Shown here: one piece after another, positions 57,955 to 64,000 of the stretch
Layout of the letters: every line of letters starts with the position of its first letter
Position numbering within the stretch: position 1 is the stretch's first letter
Assembly: GCA_951813545.1 (NCBI GenBank)
Contig: CATOTL010000002.1
Coordinates: 5,185 to 69,184, forward strand
DNA length: 64,000 bases
Reading direction: 5' to 3'
DNA from: an uncultured Poribacteria bacterium
GTDB lineage: Bacteria > Poribacteria > WGA-4E > WGA-3G
Program-made: the position numbers and the translations under genes
The notes under the pieces: generated by a model
Database searches by the model: none
What the model saw: only the letters and a program-made list of their open reading frames with translations
Told to the model about the DNA's origin: nothing

Positions 57955-59523
57955 TTATTGCACCAAAATAAATTTATCCCACACACTCTGCGGGATCGCA
58001 ATTTTTGTTTTGCTTACCGATTGCCTTCTATTCATTGGGCTTCGATAGACAAGCACACCATCATAAGCATAGCCTTCACTTTTACTCGCAATACCTGAAA
58101 CAACCAATACAGTGTTCGGTGAAATCAACAAACTAAAAGGCTTCAATTTTAAATTTTTTTCGCCAATATATCTAATACGACTGCCGATGTCCCACCCTTG
58201 TTGCGCGATTGCATCCGACATATTTCGGATTTCAGATTGTATGCGTTCATATTCAGCCACCATCCGATCCCGACCGTATGAAGGGGAGCGTCCCGCCTTT
58301 ATGCGCTCATAGATGGATTTTCCTTTTTCAGTTTGTGTTGAATCCGGTTCTTCTGTCGATTGCGTCTGTTCTGTCTGCGTCTCTTGCTGCGTCCCTTGCT
58401 GTGATTGTTGCTGTGATTGTTCTTCCAGCGATACTGGGAGATTCAGCCAAGCCGAGCGTCCTTGCTGAAACGAGTTAGTCACAGATGCATTCACCCAATT
58501 ATAGTACTGTTTCCCGGGTTCAGATTCAAAGAAATCGTTAATTTGGATTGCTTCTTGAATACTGATAATAATACTTCTCAACGTTTCTTGATCTTTCAGT
58601 TCGCTTCCAGCATCTTGATCGTTAAAGACGATTCCTCTATCGGTTTCATCAAGATAATCAGCATACTTTTTCAAAGTCTCAGACGCACTGTCCTTTAAAT
58701 TATTAATGATACGCATCATTCTGTTCGGTGGGATTCCTTGATGCGCCGCTTGTCTCGCCTTTTTGTACAAATTGTCGGCAGCTTTCATGTAATCCGCCTC
58801 AGTCGCTTTCCGTCCTTCAACCTCATCTTTACCCCCGAATATATCAGGCACTCTATTTATATCCGTTATCTTCACTGGTATTTCATACAACGGTGCAAGT
58901 GCTGCTAATCCAACATCCGTAGATTCAAGTTGCCCAAGCGACGGTGGCTCCCAGTCGTTGGTTTTCTTGGAATCATCAATCTTGTTGTAGGCACGCCAGA
59001 AATCGCGTCCTCTATCACCGTCCCGGATTGTCGCTTCATAGATAGCAACCGCTTCCTGTTGTGGGTCTGTATTCCCCAACGCTCGGATAATATCCGTTTG
59101 CGTCTGTTTCGAGAGTCTGTGCTTCTCTGCCAACTCTAATGCCCGGTTGGTTCTGTAGTCCAACATCTCTTTGTCGTAAGTTTGCTCTTGCTGTAACACA
59201 GCAAGTTTGGTTTTCCGATCCTGTCGTCCCTTGACTTGCTCCTGTTCGACATCGAAACGCCCTTCAGTTTCCGCAACAGCAACATCAGAGGAATACTTAA
59301 ACGCAGCAATGTTCGACTCTGCTGTACGCAAATCGGTGTATGCTTTCTTCAACTCACTGCTTACAGTGTTGTACTGTTTTTCATATTGCGCTGCTTCCAT
59401 TTGCGCGATTTTCGCCTTAAAACTCTCGCGCGCGATGTCCTCGCCAACCTTATCACCTTCTGCACGGGCGAGTTTTATTTTCTGTAAATCTGTTGCAATT
59501 GCGGGGACTGTTCTGCCTGCCAT
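57955..59523 (-). CDS. Coiled-coil/Q-rich internal virion protein candidate
   Basis: 522 aa with GGAG upstream. Contains the low-complexity stretch QQSQQGTQQETQTEQTQ. Confidence 0.5.
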   Translation of the reverse strand: MAGRTVPAIATDLQKIKLARAEGDKVGEDIARESFKAKIAQMEAAQYEKQYNTVSSELKKAYTDLRTAESNIAAFKYSSDVAVAETEGRFDVEQEQVKGRQDRKTKLAVLQQEQTYDKEMLDYRTNRALELAEKHRLSKQTQTDIIRALGNTDPQQEAVAIYEATIRDGDRGRDFWRAYNKIDDSKKTNDWEPPSLGQLESTDVGLAALAPLYEIPVKITDINRVPDIFGGKDEVEGRKATEADYMKAADNLYKKARQAAHQGIPPNRMMRIINNLKDSASETLKKYADYLDETDRGIVFNDQDAGSELKDQETLRSIIISIQEAIQINDFFESEPGKQYYNWVNASVTNSFQQGRSAWLNLPVSLEEQSQQQSQQGTQQETQTEQTQSTEEPDSTQTEKGKSIYERIKAGRSPSYGRDRMVAEYERIQSEIRNMSDAIAQQGWDIGSRIRYIGEKNLKLKPFSLLISPNTVLVVSGIASKSEGYAYDGVLVYRSPMNRRQSVSKTKIAIPQSVWDKFILVQ

Positions 59524-59640
59524 AATTTACTCCATATTGAAATGCGAACGTCTGCGCGAATTTCGTTGGGTATTCTGTGGCATTACCGGTTTCCGATACC
59601 CCAAGAAATTCGTCTTTTTATCCAAATCTTCGGTTCTAAA

Positions 59641-59662
59641 ACCCCCAGTCTTTAGACGGGGG
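59641..59662 (-). repeat. CTAAAG-loop hairpin, copy 7
   Basis: Plus strand reads ACCCCCAGTC TTTA GACGGGGG. On the minus strand it is followed by TTTT. Confidence 0.6.
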
Positions 59663-59699
59663 ATACAGAACCGCTCCTGTATTGTGGCAAAAAAAACCT

Positions 59700-59728
59700 T
59701 TGACTTTTGACGAAAAATGTGATACACT
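59700..59728 (+). promoter_or_regulatory. Possible antisense promoter TTGACT-17nt-TACACT
   Basis: Read directly. It faces opposite to the flanking genes. Confidence 0.35.
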
Positions 59729-60057
59729 TTTCTTTGTATTCGGCATTGGTTGCAGTTGATGCACTGGTATATTGCTTGGTATTTGAGACAACTGTGTAAA
59801 AGCCTCATACGCCTCAAGAAATATCTAAAATATGCTCGTCACGTGTTCGGGAAATCCGAGTCATGTCGTATCCCACGAGAATGTAAAGAGGTTAATAGCC
59901 TCTCGCAGCACGTCAAAATGTTCATAAGGCACTTCGGTGCGGGGGCGGGGTAGCGTCCCTTGTGCTTAGGCATCGTGAGACTTTCGTTTTTGACATTCTC
60001 AAAATGAAAGCAATGTCGTTTGAAGCCACAAATGCTTTCGCATAAAGTTTGCGGAAG

Positions 60058-60078
60058 CCCCCATGCTTTAGCTGGGGG
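60058..60078 (-). repeat. CTAAAG-loop hairpin, copy 8
   Basis: Minus strand reads GTGATAGA CCCCCAGC TAAA GCATGGGGG CTTC, with the same flanks as copies 1 and 3. Confidence 0.6.
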
Positions 60079-60136
60079 TCTATCACCTACAATCGTAACC
60101 CCGTCTTTCTGGTTACCATCAAGTATTTTCATCCTC

Positions 60137-61594
60137 TTACCGAAATCGACGCATCGAGGTATCCGCACGCTGTTGACGCGACGGCAACGGATTCGGTTTC
60201 CCGCGCCTTTCCGCACTCGGAGGCTCAACTGGTGTTTGTCTGCGTCTATCCCTAAAGTTCACTATCGTTGTATCTGATGGTGGGTTTTTAATATTTTGCC
60301 ATGCTTGTGTAAGATTTACGTCCGCACCAGATGTACCTGCATCTGCGCCACCGGGCCACATACGATTCTGTATCTCTTGACCAATAAGGGCTATCTGTTG
60401 TTGCGCTCGTTGTTTAAAAGCATCTGTCTGGTTAGGATTTGCGATTTCGGTTTCCATAGCATCTAACATATCCAACAACTTTTCATCTGTCTGTTGACTC
60501 AAAAAATCAGAATGCCATAACGGCTCATCGGCTGGCATGGATTCAACAGGTGTTTCGGTGCGGGTATCCCGCGTATCTTGCCACGATGTAGTCAAGTTCG
60601 GTTTGACATCCGCAGGCGTATCACCCGTAAGTAAACTCCTCAAATCGGGTTCGAGGGCTTCGAGTACCTCAAAGTCGTCTTTCGGAATTGTTCGTTTCAC
60701 CATTCTCACAATTTCGCTATCACCCGGCTCAATCGGCATAATCGGTTTGCCTTCGATATTCACGGATTCGCCACTTTCACCCTGTTCACCGCCTTCAGTA
60801 GTTTTCCCTCCGCCTAACCGCTTTATCGCAGCGTGCATTCCGCTCCATGACCTTGCCCGTTCACCTGTCGGTAGATTGGCTTCCGGGACTGGACCTTGCC
60901 CCGCGCCTACATTGTTCTCTAAATCAGAGAAACGTCTTTGCATCGTTCCGGGTTCGCCATGCAACTTTCCATAACGCGTGTAGATACCAACTAAATCCTC
61001 GTCCGACAACGTACCACTTAACCATTTATTCACTTCGTCTGGATGGCTTGCGCGTAAAGAGGCAAGCATGCCTTCAGACACTTGCGTATTTGAAAACTCA
61101 CCAGAGATTGCCATCAAGCCTAACTGTCCAGCGAGGTCTAACCACCCTTGACGCGTCAACTCATCGTCCGCCATCTCCGCTTGCTGTTCGGCTTGCGCGA
61201 TCCGTAAGTTGATGTCCGCAGCGAAGGTCGCAATATCAGTTTCAGCGTCTCGCATAAAGCGTCCACGATTCGCTGAAATTGCACCCGCCGCGAGTTCAGA
61301 TGTATTTAATCCACGACGCTGAAAAGCAGCACCGCTTTGCGCACCGTGTTCGTCCGCGGCAACACGTGCGCGCCGCCGTCTTAACTGCGAAAACTCGCCA
61401 ATCGCTCTATCATACGGCGCACGGTCTATCGACGTATCTCGTCCTGTCAAGCCACCGGTAACACCACCGGTAAAAGCACCAACAACTGCACCTTTGGGGC
61501 CAGCAACTGACCCGCCAGTAGCAGCTCCTGAAACAGCACCCTGAATTGCTCTCTCCCAATTAAACCTTGATTTACGACGATTGTAACGGGGCAA
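60137..61594 (-). CDS. Gly-rich internal virion/ejection protein candidate
   Basis: The TTG at 61594 has AAGGAG 6 nt upstream (track start is 61612). N-terminus GAVSGAATGGSVAGPKGAVVGAFTGGVTGGLTG. Confidence 0.5.
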   Translation of the reverse strand: MPRYNRRKSRFNWERAIQGAVSGAATGGSVAGPKGAVVGAFTGGVTGGLTGRDTSIDRAPYDRAIGEFSQLRRRRARVAADEHGAQSGAAFQRRGLNTSELAAGAISANRGRFMRDAETDIATFAADINLRIAQAEQQAEMADDELTRQGWLDLAGQLGLMAISGEFSNTQVSEGMLASLRASHPDEVNKWLSGTLSDEDLVGIYTRYGKLHGEPGTMQRRFSDLENNVGAGQGPVPEANLPTGERARSWSGMHAAIKRLGGGKTTEGGEQGESGESVNIEGKPIMPIEPGDSEIVRMVKRTIPKDDFEVLEALEPDLRSLLTGDTPADVKPNLTTSWQDTRDTRTETPVESMPADEPLWHSDFLSQQTDEKLLDMLDAMETEIANPNQTDAFKQRAQQQIALIGQEIQNRMWPGGADAGTSGADVNLTQAWQNIKNPPSDTTIVNFRDRRRQTPVEPPSAERRGKPNPLPSRQQRADTSMRRFR

Positions 61595-61604
61595 AATAAA
61601 CTCC

Positions 61605-62117
61605 TTAATCAAATAATGTCAGTTGTAAGGGATTTCGCTTTTTTTCTCGCCAACTCCGTTTAGTAGACTCAGACATTTTTTGCTTAGATTCAGCAGTATG
61701 TCTTTTGCCATAAAAATGGTTCTTTTTCCCAAGTGATGCAGCAGATAAATTCCTTCGTGCTTGTTCAGTAGGTGGTGGACGTTTCTTGCCAATTTTTCCT
61801 TTAGATATTTTTTGCTTTGATAATTCCGAGTGTCTACCTCTGGCTCCCCCTGAACGCAAATTATATCCATTTGGGTGCATGCAATCCAACACTGCTATCC
61901 AATGGCATTCGCGACTATCAAGGTTTTCCTCAGAACACAACTCAAGGTATTCAAAAACAAACGCTTCTCTGCCATATTTACGAATGGCATTTCCTAAATA
62001 AAATCCTACTTGATATTCAAAGTGTTCTTTAATTCGCTTTTGAATATCAACTGACTGTCCAACATAACATTTACCACTGCTGATGTGGCGGATGCAGTAG
62101 ATGCCTGTAAGTTTCAT
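61605..62117 (-). CDS. GIY-YIG homing endonuclease with NUMOD3-like repeats
   Basis: GIYCIRH..GKCYVGQS, R..EH, and NGYN. C-terminal SxxxKxKIS-type repeats. The ATG at 62117 has GAGG 6 nt upstream. Confidence 0.8.
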   Translation of the reverse strand: MKLTGIYCIRHISSGKCYVGQSVDIQKRIKEHFEYQVGFYLGNAIRKYGREAFVFEYLELCSEENLDSRECHWIAVLDCMHPNGYNLRSGGARGRHSELSKQKISKGKIGKKRPPPTEQARRNLSAASLGKKNHFYGKRHTAESKQKMSESTKRSWREKKRNPLQLTLFD

Positions 62118-62162
62118 GGTATACCTCATGCTTGGTAAAATTCTCATGCCCGTTGTCGCGGT

Positions 62163-62188
62163 GTAGTGGGTGCAACAACACCCACTAC
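62163..62188 (-). promoter_or_regulatory. Perfect 10-bp hairpin in the endonuclease 5' leader, downstream of an extended -10 (TGGTATAAT, 62203-62211)
   Basis: GTAGTGGGTG caacaa CACCCACTAC. Confidence 0.5.
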
Positions 62189-62227
62189 TGCATGAGACCT
62201 ATATTATACCATAATCTGCTTTTTTAT

Positions 62228-62277
62228 ACCTCAAAGAATATGTCGCGAATCCGTTTCGGTGGCACTTCGTAGTGGTT
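62228..62277 (-). repeat. 50-bp direct repeat, copy R2
   Basis: Identical to 62944-62993 at 48 of 50 positions. Confidence 0.9.
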
Positions 62278-62440
62278 GCTCAACTTGTGACGCGGCATAT
62301 TCTTCTACCTCAGTCTGTTGTAAAGCCTTTGCTGTAACATACACCAACTTCTCAAAGATAGTAGCATCTTCGGAAGGTTTCTCTAACGGTTCACACCTAT
62401 CATCAGGGTCAGGAAATCCCCAATTCTCATCCCAAACCAT
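62231..62440 (-). CDS. Small hypothetical protein
   Basis: 69-aa ORF with GAGGTG upstream. Its 3' end reads the R2 repeat in a different frame from gene 62940..63308. Confidence 0.45.
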   Translation of the reverse strand: MVWDENWGFPDPDDRCEPLEKPSEDATIFEKLVYVTAKALQQTEVEEYAASQVEQPLRSATETDSRHIL

Positions 62441-62442
62441 AT

Positions 62443-62937
62443 CTACACCTCAAAGAAATAGCGAATTTTCCTAAATAGTAATCTTACTTTAAATTTAAAA
62501 CTATTTGCTCTCCCGGCATTTCTGAACATCTCTTGTGATAACTCCAAGTATTCCAATAAAGGTTCATCATCATACCGCTGAATCCATCTATTAATAGATC
62601 TATTGCGTTCCCTTACTTTTGGCATCTGAAGTATCTTCGTCAATTCTTTACTTCTTGCCTTTATTACCTCGCGGTAACAAGCAAGGCACTTATATTTGAA
62701 AACAGGCGTAATTTGCAATTCAGAAATATCAACAGATACACTTCCGGTCAATCCCTCACAATACTTTAACGCTGCATCATGCAAAGCGGTTGCCCGTAGC
62801 AATTGATATTCGTGTTTGGTGATACCATGTTCCAAACATTTCCTAAAAATCAAGGAATCTTCCGTTATATCATTGGCTGTCACTTCAACAGAAAACAATT
62901 TCTCCATATCTTCGGGCCATATTTTAAGTAGTTGCAT
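62443..62937 (-). CDS. Hypothetical protein
   Basis: The ATG at 62937 has GAGG 7 nt upstream. Ends ...KIRYFFEV. Confidence 0.55.
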   Translation of the reverse strand: MQLLKIWPEDMEKLFSVEVTANDITEDSLIFRKCLEHGITKHEYQLLRATALHDAALKYCEGLTGSVSVDISELQITPVFKYKCLACYREVIKARSKELTKILQMPKVRERNRSINRWIQRYDDEPLLEYLELSQEMFRNAGRANSFKFKVRLLFRKIRYFFEV

Positions 62938-62939
62938 AT

Positions 62940-63308
62940 TCAAACCTCAAAAAATATGTCGCGAATCCGTTTCGGTGGCACTTCGTAATGGTTAGAGAGC
63001 AACAGATACACTGAATCTGAATTGACATGAACATGTGCTGGTGATACAGATACCATCTCGCCATCGGTATTCTTACTGCCGTCCTCGTTAACTTTTTCGA
63101 GTGCCTTGTCGAAAGAGTTGAATACCCGCTCTATTTTCCGGGATGTCGGCAACTCACGTGGCAAGTTTTTCTGTTCCCTGTCCCACCATTTGTTTAACCG
63201 TTGGGATGCTTCCTTTTTCTGATACTCATCTCCCCATATACCCCAAAATTCAGGGTCTTTCGTGTTTAAATTACGATTGACATTATGTACAGCCTCTGAT
63301 TGGTACAT
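62940..63308 (-). CDS. Hypothetical protein
   Basis: 122-aa ORF. Confidence 0.55.
   Translation of the reverse strand: MYQSEAVHNVNRNLNTKDPEFWGIWGDEYQKKEASQRLNKWWDREQKNLPRELPTSRKIERVFNSFDKALEKVNEDGSKNTDGEMVSVSPAHVHVNSDSVYLLLSNHYEVPPKRIRDIFFEV
62944..62993 (-). repeat. 50-bp direct repeat, copy R1
   Basis: Encodes the C-terminus NHYEVPPKRIRDIFFEV of 62940..63308 plus the next gene's RBS. Confidence 0.9.
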
Positions 63309-63319
63309 CAGTTACCTCC

Positions 63320-64000
63320 TTATGGCACAACAAAAATTTCTAGCTGTATACGATCACATAACGGAAAGCCTTCATCAGTTTCCAAACGGACGCTCACACG
63401 GGATCCCGAACCGTGTATACCGTAACGATAGTCGTTTGATTTATCAGGTTCAAATTCCTCTGCAACCCCTTCAACATCATCAATGTCCACTCGGACTCGG
63501 ACTGTTGGTGCGGGTGTTGTTGTATGAACACATAAAACACCTGTAATACTTGCTTCCGACGGTACGGGAATCGGAACGCTCTGCCAGATACCGCCAATCG
63601 GTTCGTCGTCGTCCGTGTCGCCTTTGAACAGCTCTACCAGTGTGTCGTCTTGGCGTACACCGTATAGGATACTTTCAGCATTGACACCGCCACGGGACCA
63701 GAATGCGTCTTTGAGCCGCCATGAAGCGGATGCCCAATACTTTCGCGTCATATCCAATATAATTACACGCTCAGGTGTAATTAAATGATAACAATTTTGA
63801 TAGAGAAAAGCAACAAGATTCTCTAATTCCGCGACTGTCAAATCATCCAAATACTGCTGAATCGGTAAGCCTACGTCGCGTACATCTACTTGACCCCGCC
63901 AATTTGTGCCATACTGATAAAACCGACTATCACTTCCCACGAAATAGACAGCACCGCCGACGGTAAGCACACTGCGCGGCGACATTGTGCCAACACCATC
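63320..64000 (-). CDS. Hypothetical virion protein, C-terminal part (frame stays open to the right window edge)
   Basis: There is no stop between 63985 and 64000 in frame. Beta-rich sequence GGAVYFVGSDSRFYQYG. Confidence 0.5.
   Translation of the reverse strand, partial: DGVGTMSPRSVLTVGGAVYFVGSDSRFYQYGTNWRGQVDVRDVGLPIQQYLDDLTVAELENLVAFLYQNCYHLITPERVIILDMTRKYWASASWRLKDAFWSRGGVNAESILYGVRQDDTLVELFKGDTDDDEPIGGIWQSVPIPVPSEASITGVLCVHTTTPAPTVRVRVDIDDVEGVAEEFEPDKSNDYRYGIHGSGSRVSVRLETDEGFPLCDRIQLEIFVVP

Noticed and set aside
59527-60228. Minus-strand ORFs 59527..59817 and 59839..60228, and plus-strand ORFs 60020..60277.
   Set aside because: They are Arg/Cys/His-rich with no RBS. One overlaps the 3' end of the real 491-aa gene.
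1-64000. Diversity-generating retroelement, retron, integrase/att sites, toxin-antitoxin pairs or known anti-CRISPR genes.
   Set aside because: No reverse transcriptase, recombinase or recognisable toxin motif was seen in any frame. The small early proteins are uncharacterisable by eye.

Overview
This window reads as about 64 kb of a tailed dsDNA bacteriophage genome. There are no rRNA or tRNA genes, no CRISPR array and no integrase. Two transcription blocks diverge from a GT-rich control region at about 16.8-17.4 kb.

The minus strand (1-16.8 kb and 27.9-64 kb) carries the late and accessory genes:
- an edge-truncated large terminase that is missing from the ORF track, and a candidate small terminase;
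- portal, HU-like protein, scaffold-like protein, major-capsid candidate and a decoration-like protein;
- a lysis and envelope cassette with a holin-like protein, a TIGR02594/NlpC-P60-type endolysin, a membrane-anchored SNase-like nuclease and a beta-barrel outer-membrane protein;
- tail-fibre-like repeat proteins;
- a 4113-aa polyvalent virion-type protein with an embedded RadC/JAB domain;
- Gly-rich and coiled-coil internal-protein candidates, and a free-standing GIY-YIG homing endonuclease.

The plus strand (17.4-27.9 kb) carries about 25 small early genes. These include Rad52-like annealing-protein paralogs whose C-termini end like bacterial SSB (acidic ...NIPF).

The most unusual coding content is a 9-kb island at 27.9-37.2 kb. 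It holds two Stf0-type sulfotransferases, two P-loop kinases, four glycosyltransferase-like genes, a CmcI-like methyltransferase and a radical SAM/SPASM enzyme.

The non-coding content is also unusual:
- many near-consensus sigma70-type promoters (TTGACA-17-TATAAT);
- a family of promoter-proximal bipartite hairpins;
- a family of CTAAAG-loop hairpins in four large ORF-free gaps;
- sRNA-like promoter-to-terminator units;
- a GGCGCG-stem hairpin after almost every early gene;
- a two-copy RNA motif with compensatory base changes.

Shine-Dalgarno sites (AAGGAGG), sigma70-like promoters and an OMP ending in Phe point to a diderm host. All functional calls come from motif recognition by eye. No database search was run.
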